IMG/VR virus record: IMGVR_UViG_3300032267_001178
Coordinates: 8,959-72,958 of that record
Source of the DNA: a virus
DNA: 64,000 nt
Direction: 5' to 3' (one strand)
The translations under genes were made by a program, and so were the position numbers. Positions 1-10,143 of this stretch are shown here, piece by piece. The notes beneath the pieces are model-generated. The model was not told where the DNA came from, did no database searches, and saw only the letters and a list, made by a program, of their open reading frames with translations. Numbering within the stretch: the first letter of the stretch is position 1; each line of letters begins with the position of its first letter.

Positions 1-1075
1 GAAGCGTTATTTCTCTCGCGCCCTCTTCAGTAGGGATACCAAGAACTTCCTGAAGAAATTTCTTGTGGTCATATTTTTTATATACTCGCCAGATTTCTCG
101 CCATTTGACGATATCGTTCGCGTACTCAGGAATGATGATCTGTGGAATATGGAAACCAATTTGGTTTTCGTATTGCATAGACTGATTCGCATGTACGAAA
201 GTACCGTCGGTCACGTCTAAGCGACGTCCAGTCCAGGGACAGGTAGGACCTTCCGGGCGAATGATCTTGAGTACTTCCTCCTCGTTACCACAGTTAATCC
301 AGTTTTTACCATCGCCTGCGCGAATGTGCCACATGGCCATGCTGGATTCTTGATAACGGCATTCTAGCGGAGAATCGATAGTGGTACTGGTACCCGCATA
401 AACTGTGGACGGCATTTTAGACGCCTTTTGCGTTTGTTCAATGTCCGGCTCCAGTTCCGGGTCCAGTAATTGGTACTCGTCGTATAGTAACTCATCCGAA
501 GTTTTAGAACGAGCTTCCGCAGAGTCTGTAAGACATTTCACCAAAGTTATCGTGCTTCCATTATCAAGCTCTTTGTACTTTAGGTTATTCCTTAAGTCTG
601 GATGCTTTCGAGATCCAAATCTAAACTCCCGCTCCATATCGCGTAAGCGGTTTGCATAGGTAGTCAAGAACTCCTGGTGCGGTGTAATGTAAAGACTTTT
701 GTATTTTCTGATAATGTGGGCGTTCACCAGCTGCCTTGCGGCGATACTCGTCGATTTACCGATCTGACGAGAGGCACGGAAAACGATAAAGCCCCCAATT
801 TGAAAGTAGAAAATTGCAAACGCATACGGACGATCTTGTAGGGTCAAGGGTGTCGCCTTGCTCACCGAAGGATGGAAATGCGGGAAGAAATAAGGAACTA
901 GAAACCCAGGATTGTAGTGACAGTGCCTGTACACATCGATGGTGAGCTGATTAACGCGTTCCAAGGCGCTCGGACTTCCTTTACGCTCATTAAGATCAAT
1001 TTCTGAAATGAGCTGGTCAAGTTTGTGGCGAAATGTACCGTTCGTTCTTGCTTCCCAGTTAATATCGATGTACAT
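1..1075 (-). CDS. terL: Terminase large subunit (TerL), N-terminal ATPase part. The gene runs off the left edge of the window (3' end missing), so it is absent from the complete-ORF track.
   Basis: Manual minus-strand translation from ATG 1075-1073 gives MYIDINWEARTNG...FRASRQIGKSTSIAARQL (T4-gp17-type Walker A SRQxGKS/T)...ELLYDEYQLL (Walker B-like DE)...YAGTSTT (coupling motif). There is no in-frame stop down to position 1. An upstream in-frame stop lies at 1091-1093. Confidence 0.6.
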   Translation of the reverse strand, partial: MYIDINWEARTNGTFRHKLDQLISEIDLNERKGSPSALERVNQLTIDVYRHCHYNPGFLVPYFFPHFHPSVSKATPLTLQDRPYAFAIFYFQIGGFIVFRASRQIGKSTSIAARQLVNAHIIRKYKSLYITPHQEFLTTYANRLRDMEREFRFGSRKHPDLRNNLKYKELDNGSTITLVKCLTDSAEARSKTSDELLYDEYQLLDPELEPDIEQTQKASKMPSTVYAGTSTTIDSPLECRYQESSMAMWHIRAGDGKNWINCGNEEEVLKIIRPEGPTCPWTGRRLDVTDGTFVHANQSMQYENQIGFHIPQIIIPEYANDIVKWREIWRVYKKYDHKKFLQEVLGIPTEEGAREITL

Positions 1076-1211
1076 ACAGGAGTGGCTGATTCAAATTCTC
1101 CAGTTAAGTACCTGGATGCACGGAGCGCAAATCAATTTCGCGCACCGAGACTGCGTCATGTCAAATGGTACAAGGATATGGTACCTGTAGAAACCAGTCA
1201 AGTGTTAGAAA

Positions 1212-1661
1212 ATGAGCAACAACCCAACACCTCGTCGGAAGAAAAGCCAAGACGAACCGCACCAGCCAAAACTGTCAGAGACCGCTTTAACTCCTGAAAG
1301 GCTGGCGCTTTTTTTAGAGTTTCTAGAACAAGACGATTTGTCCTTGGTGTATGATATCCGCCTGCTAGGTGCAGACGGGGAGGTGTTCCAGATAAAAGGA
1401 AACTCCTCGTTCCCGGCCGCGATGCGCCAGGAAAATAAGTCTGTTATTCCTCAGCAGTTTCAAGAAGTCGTACAGAACAGCATGCTATTGCCTCTGTTCC
1501 GACGCTTCCACGATTACGTGCAAGAGAACGTACAAAATATTTTACCTCGTCCCCCGCTGCCCATGTTTGAGAGTGAACTCGGACTGGCATTGGATGTGGA
1601 CCGAATGAACGAAGACGATGCCGCAGCAGATACACGCGCGGATCAGGGAGTTATACCCTGA
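1212..1661 (+). CDS. Hypothetical protein, divergently oriented from terL.
   Basis: 149-aa ORF, no motif recognised. Confidence 0.4.
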   Translation: MSNNPTPRRKKSQDEPHQPKLSETALTPERLALFLEFLEQDDLSLVYDIRLLGADGEVFQIKGNSSFPAAMRQENKSVIPQQFQEVVQNSMLLPLFRRFHDYVQENVQNILPRPPLPMFESELGLALDVDRMNEDDAAADTRADQGVIP

Positions 1662-2214
1662 CCCCAACACTCACGACTTTATTTTATACACGGATGGGTC
1701 CGGTCACGCGGACGGGTATGGGGGTAGTGCTTGCCTGGTGCAAAGTAACTCCCATAAAAAACGCGCGATACATCTCGCGGCCTATTCCAATACGTCCACC
1801 GACAGGGCGGAGTTTGAAGGTTTACTAAATGGGTTACAGAGCATCGTAGAAATGATGCAATGGAAATCCCCTTCAGATTATGCTGCCTTAGAGCAGCGCC
1901 CTAGGAAGCTTACGGTTGGCTGGGTCACAGACCGGGAATCCCTGGCGCTTTCCGTATGGAGGCAAGAGGATGGTACCACGGTTTACCAGCGCAAGAAGCA
2001 AGGAGACCTGTGGGCAAGGTACGAATATTACGAAAAAATATTCTTGGTTACACCTTATGTGATCGCCCGCAACAGTACAACTACCCACGCTTACGTGGAC
2101 AGGCTTGCTAGTGAGGCGAGAATTCTAATTAAAGAATACATGGAAATTTTACAAACAGAACAAGCGCATGGCGAATTGCAAGATACTACATACAGCGGAC
2201 TGGCATCTACGTGA
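1618..2214 (+). CDS. rnh: RNase H-like nuclease.
   Basis: ILYTDGSGHADGYGGSAC ... TDRAEFEGLLNGL ... THAYVDRLA fits the RNase H catalytic D / E / D..H..D pattern. The true start may be an internal ATG. Confidence 0.6.
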   Translation: MPQQIHARIRELYPDPNTHDFILYTDGSGHADGYGGSACLVQSNSHKKRAIHLAAYSNTSTDRAEFEGLLNGLQSIVEMMQWKSPSDYAALEQRPRKLTVGWVTDRESLALSVWRQEDGTTVYQRKKQGDLWARYEYYEKIFLVTPYVIARNSTTTHAYVDRLASEARILIKEYMEILQTEQAHGELQDTTYSGLAST

Positions 2215-3322
2215 TAGTCAGTATTCGACTGTAGCCAGAGGAGACGACTTCACAAAGGCGGCATTCAATGTACTGGACATTGCCATGGGGCATGGGGTAA
2301 ATGCTATATGTAATTCTGGAGATATCCTGAACAACAAAAGACCAAGCTCCAAAAATATACGGGACTTGGTAGAAATCGACAGACGATTGCAGGAAGCAAA
2401 AATACCAATGTATGTGATCAGCGGAAACCACGATCTGGCCAGTCCTAGCTGGATCAGTCTGGTGGATGAGGAGACTAATGGTGCTCGCAGTGACAAGAAG
2501 ATCTACGGGATTATCGATGCGGACGACAAGTTTCTCACCATACCCGGTACTGAAATAACATTGTACGGCGCCCCTTACAAAGGATCTAAATTGTTCAGAG
2601 ACCAGCAGGCCAGTTGGCCTGAGGCGGATATATTGATGTCGCACGAATTGGTAAAGGAGTTTGCAGCTTTTCAAGCTTCAGAAGAATCCCTATCAATCGC
2701 AGACTATCCTTGCGATAAATACCAGGCCGTACTTCTTGGGGATATTCACACCAACGTTTACAGAATTGTTAACGGCACAGTAATCGGTTACCCGGGGTCT
2801 GTGGAGCTGTGTTCGAGTAACGAGAACATAGAGAAATATGTCACGTTGTTTGAGTTTGAGGACGGGAAGCTACAGGTTACATTGCCAGCACGTACACTTA
2901 GCATCGCTACTAGAGAAGCTAAGTTCTACCAAATACGGGACGACATTGCCCTGGACACTGCACTGCAGGATGTACAAAAATGCGTAAAGCAAGATCCTAT
3001 TATTGTCGTGAAGTACGACAGAAGAATGGTGAACGTACCTATGGCTTTTATGACGGTCACCGCAGGCACTAAGTCTATTCTTCGATGCGCAGCATTCTCA
3101 GACGTAAACGCGAACAAGCTTCTTGGCTTAGGATCGGAAACGTTAGATGCAAACCACATAAAGTCTCCCGCTGACTTCGTGGAGAATTATATCGACCCAA
3201 AGACAGATCTATACACACTGGCAATGCGATTGGTGCATCCGGATGCGCCTCACAGGGATTTGCTAAGTGAGTATATAAACTCAAAAATAGAAATGCATGA
3301 GACTGACACGTTTGAAAGTTGA
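2168..3322 (+). CDS. sbcD: SbcD/Mre11-family nuclease.
   Basis: Calcineurin-like phosphoesterase motifs HTADWHL, GDILNN, SGNHD, LLGDIHT, GYPGS. Confidence 0.8.
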   Translation: MANCKILHTADWHLRDSQYSTVARGDDFTKAAFNVLDIAMGHGVNAICNSGDILNNKRPSSKNIRDLVEIDRRLQEAKIPMYVISGNHDLASPSWISLVDEETNGARSDKKIYGIIDADDKFLTIPGTEITLYGAPYKGSKLFRDQQASWPEADILMSHELVKEFAAFQASEESLSIADYPCDKYQAVLLGDIHTNVYRIVNGTVIGYPGSVELCSSNENIEKYVTLFEFEDGKLQVTLPARTLSIATREAKFYQIRDDIALDTALQDVQKCVKQDPIIVVKYDRRMVNVPMAFMTVTAGTKSILRCAAFSDVNANKLLGLGSETLDANHIKSPADFVENYIDPKTDLYTLAMRLVHPDAPHRDLLSEYINSKIEMHETDTFES

Positions 3323-5909
3323 GAATTTCGGTAGGCATAAAGCCATCGATAAGGAAATAGATGTACCTGTGCTCGGGCTAATGGGGCCGAATGGTTCTGG
3401 GAAAAGTACGTTACTTTCAGCGGTTAAATTTTTGTTTACTAACGAATTAGAAGACAAGAATGAAACGTACGTGAGAAACACTTTTTCCGAAGAGCAGGGT
3501 ACGCCCTCCTTTGCCAAAGTTACCGGATGGTTTCGTAAAGACGGCAAGGAGGGTGAGATCATGCGGCAAATTGGTTCCACCACTAAGCGGCACCTGAAAT
3601 GGGACGGGGAGATTTACACGTCAGCAGCTGACGTGGAAGACAAACTCAAGGAAATATTTGAGGCAGACAAGGAAGCCAGGAGTAACGCCATATTCCCACC
3701 GCAAGGATCTCTGGACAAACTTATATTCGGTACACCAGCCGAACGAATGGAATTGTTCAGCAAATTGCTATTGGTGGGATATATGGGGAAAATATCCACG
3801 CTATGCGAAAAGCAAAGTGCCATACTTGGTACTATGGTACGTGACTATACTTCCTTGCATACAGAGGTAAAGGCGCAGCACGCAGCAGCAGAAGATACTT
3901 ATGCGCAACTGGAAAACCAGAAGAACCAAAGCTATAACTGGAAGGCTGACAAAGAAGCCTTCGAAAGATACGCACAAATTCAAAACGCGGCCGTGTCTAT
4001 TATTTCCCAGAAAAAAAATATAGATATCTCCGTCCAAGATAAAATCTTGTCCGCTAAGAAAATTACCAAAGATATTTCTTTAGCGTTGGGAGGTTCCGAC
4101 GATGCACCTGAGCTAACATTCGAGGAGATAGAAGCAAAGGTTACCGACATCAAACAGCAAATTAACTCTGCGACTATTGATGTGTCGGAGTATAAGCGCA
4201 TTGCTGAGATTTCCAGGAATATTCAGCATTTGAAAGAAAGAGAAGACTCTATCCTGAAAGATCTGAGCGATATACCTGAAGGAATAAATACTGCAGATAT
4301 ACAAAAAGATATAGCGGCGCTTAGACAAGATTTAGCCACGATGGAGCTGCACGAAAAAATGCAGGGCGAACTGCATATGTTTCATATGCCGATGCTGGCT
4401 AAAATAAAAGAAGCGCTGGCTAGCGGGGTCATAGACTTTGCGGTGGGAGTTCCAGAAATCGATCAAGTATTGAGTGGTAACCCAAAACTTCCAGATGCTC
4501 CTTCTGAGGCGCAAATGCAAGTTTACCTAGATTTCGAAGCTGCGGCAAATCAAGAAGTTGTAGCTTTGAAAGGACAGGCTACAGCGCTCCAAATCATTGT
4601 CAATATTGACGATCAGAATACAGGCTCGTGCCCGGTATGCGGTCAGTGTACATCAGGACATACGGAGGATTGGTCAGAAAAACTAGACCTAACCAACCGC
4701 ATGCTGATTACAGCGCACTCTAAGCACCGAGCGGCAGCTCAGGCCCTACAAGTAATGCAGGGTAACATACAGCTGCGGGAGTCTGCGATAGCACGCCTGA
4801 ACGTCATGTTGGTAGATAGACAAGAAGAAGTAATAAAAATTCAACAAGCATCGAGCCCCGTAGATTTACAAGCAATGGAAGCTATGCGTTTGAGAATGGC
4901 TTTACTTGTGGATCAGGAGAGAGAGCAATACCAGCTGCACCAAAAACAACAAATGCTAGTTGAAGAGCTTTCTAGAATTCAATCAGCTTTGAAAAACATA
5001 CCTGTTTCGGATGCAGAGATTGCCGAAAGTCTATCCCCGGGAACTCTGCAGGTCACAGAGTTAAAATTAGAAGAGCTTCTTAGCACATACAAGAAAGTGA
5101 ACCTAGGGCGAGATGATACCTACTTCCTAGACACAATATCCAGTATACACCTGGACGTATCTAAAATCGAAGCGCAGTCACAGCAGCTCCAAGATATTTA
5201 TTTACAGCATGTCAATGATGCGAAAGTAGAAAGCGGCAACTTCACACCCCAGCTAAACGATCTCCTGAGTGAGCAATCAAACGACGCGTCAAGCGTCATA
5301 GAGATACTTACCCAAAACACGAATGCTTTCAACGAACTAACAGGTGCCGTGAGGCAAGCCAAAGAACACGCCGATCAACTGCAAATTCGTAGAAATGAAA
5401 TAGAGTTGCAAATCGATCGTGACCAGCAACGGCAATTACTGATCGCAGAAATGCGTTCCTTAAAAGATGTTTTTGGGAAGAAGGGGATTCCTCAGACGTA
5501 CGTCCAGTACATCTATGAGAATTTGCTGCCAGTTGCACAAGAAAACTTGAACATGCTTGGGGCGGACTTCGTTATCGCCGTAGACCCCGACGAGCCCGTG
5601 ACATTGCGCTTCATGAAGCTCAATTCCGACGTCAGCGGCTGGATGCCCCAGAGTAAACTCTCCGGGGGGCAGAAGGTGCGGGTTAGCATTGCTTTCCTGC
5701 TTGCCGTACAGCAGCTGATTATCCCGGACATCGCGTTCCTCGTGCTTGACGAGCCCAGCACCCACATCGATGATGAGGGCATTGAAGCAATGAAAGAGTT
5801 GTTCCTCAATCTTGGGGAGCAGTTACAGAACACGGAAGCGCAAGTTATTGTATGCGACCACAAATCTGAATTGCACGCGGCGTTCCACGAAACTATAAAT
5901 CTGGCGTAA
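3297..5909 (+). CDS. sbcC: SbcC/Rad50-family SMC-like ATPase with a zinc hook.
   Basis: Walker A GPNGSGKST, a long coiled coil with a central CPVCGQC hook, ABC signature LSGGQKVRVSIAFLLA, Walker B LVLDEPSTHID, H-loop VIVCDHK. Confidence 0.85.
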   Translation: MRLTRLKVENFGRHKAIDKEIDVPVLGLMGPNGSGKSTLLSAVKFLFTNELEDKNETYVRNTFSEEQGTPSFAKVTGWFRKDGKEGEIMRQIGSTTKRHLKWDGEIYTSAADVEDKLKEIFEADKEARSNAIFPPQGSLDKLIFGTPAERMELFSKLLLVGYMGKISTLCEKQSAILGTMVRDYTSLHTEVKAQHAAAEDTYAQLENQKNQSYNWKADKEAFERYAQIQNAAVSIISQKKNIDISVQDKILSAKKITKDISLALGGSDDAPELTFEEIEAKVTDIKQQINSATIDVSEYKRIAEISRNIQHLKEREDSILKDLSDIPEGINTADIQKDIAALRQDLATMELHEKMQGELHMFHMPMLAKIKEALASGVIDFAVGVPEIDQVLSGNPKLPDAPSEAQMQVYLDFEAAANQEVVALKGQATALQIIVNIDDQNTGSCPVCGQCTSGHTEDWSEKLDLTNRMLITAHSKHRAAAQALQVMQGNIQLRESAIARLNVMLVDRQEEVIKIQQASSPVDLQAMEAMRLRMALLVDQEREQYQLHQKQQMLVEELSRIQSALKNIPVSDAEIAESLSPGTLQVTELKLEELLSTYKKVNLGRDDTYFLDTISSIHLDVSKIEAQSQQLQDIYLQHVNDAKVESGNFTPQLNDLLSEQSNDASSVIEILTQNTNAFNELTGAVRQAKEHADQLQIRRNEIELQIDRDQQRQLLIAEMRSLKDVFGKKGIPQTYVQYIYENLLPVAQENLNMLGADFVIAVDPDEPVTLRFMKLNSDVSGWMPQSKLSGGQKVRVSIAFLLAVQQLIIPDIAFLVLDEPSTHIDDEGIEAMKELFLNLGEQLQNTEAQVIVCDHKSELHAAFHETINLA

Positions 5910-5930
5910 GGAAGTTACGCACCAGAAGTC

Positions 5931-6440
5931 ATGCTTTATAATTTAAAGATTAAAGTCACAAGTCCTTGGCTCGGAGATATAAGACGGGCCAAGGACACCC
6001 ACCGCAGATTTCAAAGGGGAAATACACCCGATATTTTAGCCTTTGACCTGCCCAGGTTGTACTGGACTCTAGAGGAGGCGCGTGACGCGTTGAAGCTGCC
6101 CCATGTTGATATCAAAACAATTCGTATGGAGGAAGGATTTCGATCCCCTACTCTGACCAGCTATCGACGCCGATTTAGTTCGCGCCAAGGTACGCAAAAA
6201 CAGGAAGACTTCTTCGAAGCTATTCGCGAGAACACATTACTGAATATGCAAGTACTGGTGACACGGCAGATGACACAACACACATCTACCAGCAAGCCTC
6301 CTACCCAGGAAGAGTTATCACAAATATTTAAGTTTGTAGGAGCCATGCTCGGATTAAGTCCTTGGGGAGGACATTTCGGATATGGACGTTTTGAATTAAT
6401 TAGTCTTGAACCACATGAACATTCATCTGTTATGGGATGA
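5931..6440 (+). CDS. Hypothetical protein.
   Basis: 169-aa ORF in the operon context. Confidence 0.4.
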   Translation: MLYNLKIKVTSPWLGDIRRAKDTHRRFQRGNTPDILAFDLPRLYWTLEEARDALKLPHVDIKTIRMEEGFRSPTLTSYRRRFSSRQGTQKQEDFFEAIRENTLLNMQVLVTRQMTQHTSTSKPPTQEELSQIFKFVGAMLGLSPWGGHFGYGRFELISLEPHEHSSVMG

Positions 6441-7875
6441 CTGTGCCGTGTCCGTAGCTCCGTTAATTCCCGAGTTGGAGCGGGAACTAACATACAGAGA
6501 GAAAAGTTTTAAAGCCCCCGATCCCAATAAACCTTGGGATCGGCGTACCGTTTACACCAACGAAACGGTATTAAGACCCCTACCCAACGTTTCTCCGGAA
6601 CATCGTTCCGCGACGACGTATCAAGGTCTATGGCTTCATATAAAAACATTTCTGGAGCAACAAGGACACACAGTCTATCTGCACGATAACCGTCTCCCGT
6701 TCCCAAAACCTAAATTAGAGGTTATGAGCGGATTCAGGTTTAAACAAAAGCAACTATTAGAAACTGCGCTACAGGCAGACTGCAGCGGACTAATAGGAGC
6801 ACCAACACGATATGGGAAAACATTCCTAATCATCAACACGCTCAAGGCTTATCCCGATATCCCAACCATTGTCGCCGCTCCCGGAAAGGATCTGGTAAAA
6901 CAATTGTACGACGATATCCGACAAGCTTTGCCACAACGCGATGTAGTTATGATCGGTGGTGGAGGTAAAGCCAAGTATCAGAATGACGACATCACCGTCG
7001 CCAGTATTGATAGCTTGCACAAATGCGAGCCGGGAAAGACTCGATTGATGCTTATCGACGAACCCCATACCGCGGTAACCGACAGCCGACTACCCATCGT
7101 ACACGAATTCCACAAAGCCAGACGGCTGGGATTTGGCGCTACCTTGGATGAACGCTACGATAACCGGGGAATCCTCGTAAAGGGGTTGTTTGGTCCGGTA
7201 TTGTCAGAACGTACGTTTGCTGAAGCAGTGCAAGAGGGGGCGGTAGCTCCGTTGCGCGTGTTTATGCTAGAGGTTGGGCTGGACATACTAAATTACGGCG
7301 ACCACTCCCGCGCCTATAAGACGCTACTCTACGAGAACGAGAAGATTGCTAAACTAGTTGCGAGAATCTCTCACGAGATTTTGCCCGAGGACTGGCAAAC
7401 CATCATGTTCATCAAGAATGAAGCGCAAGCTGAGCACTTCAAGCAGCATATCGGCGATGCAGGTACGATCGCTATGGCTAAAAAAATGACCTCTAAAGAA
7501 AGACTTCAGATGACACATGCGATGAAGAGCAATGAAATAAAACGTTGCCTCGCGACTGACATCTATGCCACTGGCGTGACATTCAACCATGTCCGTGCCG
7601 TGTTCAATCTTTCCGGAGGTGGACCTTATGCAAGCACCATCCAAAAACCAGGACGTGTGGTTGAAGTGAGGGACGGTAAACGTTGTGGGGTGTTGTTTGA
7701 CTTCAATTTCGTACCAAAAGCGGGCGAGGAACACAAGAGCAAGCAAAGCTCTGCCTGGGATCTCGTGCGCGAAAGTAAACAGAGATTGGACTGCTACACG
7801 CGTAAAGGCTACGACATCCAAATCGTAAAGAGTTTCTCCGAGCTTAACGAATTATTTAAAGAACTTTGTTTATGA
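6406..7875 (+). CDS. Superfamily-2 DExH helicase.
   Basis: Walker A GAPTRYGKTF, motif II LIDEPH, and a C-terminal RecA-like domain containing ATDIYATGVTF. Confidence 0.65.
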   Translation: MNHMNIHLLWDDCAVSVAPLIPELERELTYREKSFKAPDPNKPWDRRTVYTNETVLRPLPNVSPEHRSATTYQGLWLHIKTFLEQQGHTVYLHDNRLPFPKPKLEVMSGFRFKQKQLLETALQADCSGLIGAPTRYGKTFLIINTLKAYPDIPTIVAAPGKDLVKQLYDDIRQALPQRDVVMIGGGGKAKYQNDDITVASIDSLHKCEPGKTRLMLIDEPHTAVTDSRLPIVHEFHKARRLGFGATLDERYDNRGILVKGLFGPVLSERTFAEAVQEGAVAPLRVFMLEVGLDILNYGDHSRAYKTLLYENEKIAKLVARISHEILPEDWQTIMFIKNEAQAEHFKQHIGDAGTIAMAKKMTSKERLQMTHAMKSNEIKRCLATDIYATGVTFNHVRAVFNLSGGGPYASTIQKPGRVVEVRDGKRCGVLFDFNFVPKAGEEHKSKQSSAWDLVRESKQRLDCYTRKGYDIQIVKSFSELNELFKELCL

Positions 7876-8510
7876 TTGAGTTCGATGAAAAATACAGAGA
7901 CGCTGTAGCTCGTGAAATACGAAAAATATACAGTGAGCGTAAAGCCGCAGTAATGGGGCGTCCCTGGAAACCCAACGAACGTCACAGAGCATTTGAAAAT
8001 TGGCAGCGTGCAGCAGATCAAGCGTTACGACTCAGCGCCCCGGCAGAAGCTTATGTGCATGCGGCTTTCAGACACTGCAAACTATCTACGGGACCATTCC
8101 CAAATACACTGGCAGGGAAAGCTGCTGAAACCTGGTGGGACAACTATTGCAGGGAGAACCCAGGCTATGCACGCCAGAAAACCGAGGAGGAAGAAAGTCC
8201 TCCTGTCGGAGAAACCGTAGCGGTAGAGGATATTAAAAAAGAACTCTCCCATTTACGTAACGCCCTTTACCAGATTACCGGGGAGACGGACTGGGCCCCG
8301 ATCGGCCCCAAAGGTATCGACGTCGTACGTAGCGAATTGCTACCTATGACGCCGCACCTAAGGTTGATCTTGTCTTACCCGGACGAAACAGTCAAAAAAT
8401 ATTACAAAGAAGAAATCATGGAAAACTTTCAAAAACGTCCGGACGTGTTTCGTGCGATGTGTTCCTTGGGATTTGACATGAAAGAAATAACAGAATGGCT
8501 GAAGAATTAA
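7866..8510 (+). CDS. Hypothetical protein.
   Basis: 214-aa ORF, ATGA-type overlap with its neighbours. Confidence 0.4.
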   Translation: MFMIEFDEKYRDAVAREIRKIYSERKAAVMGRPWKPNERHRAFENWQRAADQALRLSAPAEAYVHAAFRHCKLSTGPFPNTLAGKAAETWWDNYCRENPGYARQKTEEEESPPVGETVAVEDIKKELSHLRNALYQITGETDWAPIGPKGIDVVRSELLPMTPHLRLILSYPDETVKKYYKEEIMENFQKRPDVFRAMCSLGFDMKEITEWLKN

Positions 8511-9934
8511 AATCAAAACTAGATGCGTACATTTTGGAAAACCCAGAATGGTACGAGAACTTGGTACTAGGGTGTATCATAAAGGACCGTAAGTTTTACT
8601 TAAAGGTCCGAGAGGTACTAAATGTAGAGTTTGATAAGAAGACACTATGTAATGATTTTTCCGACATCTACAAAAACATTGTTTACCGAATAGTTTCTCG
8701 ATACAACGGCAATCAGGAAAATTTGCTGGCAAAGTATCCTGAGAACAAATTCATATCGATTGCGGAATCAACGTTAAACACGCTATTACATAACCAGGCG
8801 GTAGCAGGGGATAGTGTACTAGAAGAAGAAATACCTACAGCACTCGCAACGTTCAAAAAAGCGAATGAAGTAGATGTGGCGCAGTGGATTTCTTATGTGG
8901 ACGCTAATTTCGTAGAATGGATTGGTCGTGTAAAAACGCTTAAAGTTATCAAGAGTCCGTACGCATTTGGTGCATGGACTTACAATGAAATTTACAGGCG
9001 CCTAGGAGAAATCGAGAAGCAAGTCTCCCCCGTCAATTACGGAACTACTATCAGCCGTGGACTGTTGGGTAAGTTTCTCGACAACCCTATCGTAGTAGAG
9101 CAGCACAATGTACTACCTTCCAATATACCAGGACTCAATGATGCTTTGGCTGGAGGCTTTGGGCGCAAGGAAACAATTATGCTTATTAGTCCTCCCAGTG
9201 GCGGTAAAACTATTTTTGCATGTCAGCTAGCGGGACACTGGGCTTCGATAGGCTACGGTGGTATTTTCGTAACCACGGAGCAAACCCAGGACGAATTGGA
9301 AATTCGTATGGTGTCAAACTTTGCGGGCATTCCATTTAAGAATATCGTCCGCAAGTGGGATCCAGCTGCGCTCTCCGAGAAGCACGCGCACAACTATATG
9401 ACATGGCGTAAGAGCATCAAAGCTCCGGTCATGTTTGTAGACTGGACGATACCAGGGTCAAAGAATGTGGTTACAGATTTAGAAAACGAAATCACTCATT
9501 ACAAAGAGGAGTTCGGTAAAAATCCTGACTTCCTCATTTTTGACTGGATCGGGGGCGCGCTACAGCAAATGGCCAAAGGCGATCCCTCCGCCGTACGTTG
9601 GCTTTACAAAGAGGCCGTAGACTCGATCTGCGGGATTGCCAGAAAATACGATATCGCAGGCGTTGTCCTGGCACAGGCTACTCCAGGAAACTCCATCAAC
9701 AAATATCCCTTGGACCATCGGGATCTCGCTGAGGCAAAAAACATGACCGAGCGGATCACGGCACTAATAGGATTGACGGCCTTGATGAGTCGGGACATGG
9801 ACCGCGAAACCGACCACGCCCAGATCGTTTACGCAGAAAAACAATTCTTGTGCGTTCCCAAAACTCGTAAGGGTCCTGGTGCTAACGTCCCTGTAAAAAG
9901 GGATTACGGGTATCAGCGCATCGGAGTCCTCTAA
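8495..9934 (+). CDS. DnaB-like replicative helicase (RecA-fold ATPase domain).
   Basis: LISPPSGGKTIFACQLAGHWA Walker A in a DnaB / T7 gp4 helicase-like context, and IFDWIGGA Walker B-like. Confidence 0.6.
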   Translation: MAEELKSKLDAYILENPEWYENLVLGCIIKDRKFYLKVREVLNVEFDKKTLCNDFSDIYKNIVYRIVSRYNGNQENLLAKYPENKFISIAESTLNTLLHNQAVAGDSVLEEEIPTALATFKKANEVDVAQWISYVDANFVEWIGRVKTLKVIKSPYAFGAWTYNEIYRRLGEIEKQVSPVNYGTTISRGLLGKFLDNPIVVEQHNVLPSNIPGLNDALAGGFGRKETIMLISPPSGGKTIFACQLAGHWASIGYGGIFVTTEQTQDELEIRMVSNFAGIPFKNIVRKWDPAALSEKHAHNYMTWRKSIKAPVMFVDWTIPGSKNVVTDLENEITHYKEEFGKNPDFLIFDWIGGALQQMAKGDPSAVRWLYKEAVDSICGIARKYDIAGVVLAQATPGNSINKYPLDHRDLAEAKNMTERITALIGLTALMSRDMDRETDHAQIVYAEKQFLCVPKTRKGPGANVPVKRDYGYQRIGVL

Positions 9935-10042
9935 GGTAGTTGACGAAGTCTCACTATTCAGCTAATATCACCGCCTCTTACACGGCAGCGTCGCCGGGAA
10001 GAATCAGAACATGCGTTTGGCTTGTAAATCATTAAACGAAAA

Positions 10043-10080
10043 GGGAGGGTGGAAACCCACCCTCCCTCTCTGTTTATTTT
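10043..10080 (+). terminator. Rho-independent terminator after the helicase gene.
   Basis: GGGAGGGTGG-aaac-CCACCCTCCC perfect 10-bp stem followed by TCTCTGTTTATTTT. Confidence 0.8.
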
Positions 10081-10143
10081 GTCGAGCTGTTGTTGTCTGT
10101 TTGCTTTCTAGTAGTTATGCGGCCTGCACAACTTTCCTACACT

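Noticed and set aside
1008-1297. Plus-strand ORFs 1008..1190 and 1025..1297.
   Set aside because: They overlap the terL start and the divergent intergenic region, and are short with no motifs. They are likely spurious.
1212-2214. ORFs 1212..1661 and 1618..2214 as one frameshifted gene.
   Set aside because: The RNase H domain is complete within the second ORF, and the first ORF has no RNase H similarity. An overlap of 44 nt is typical of this genome.
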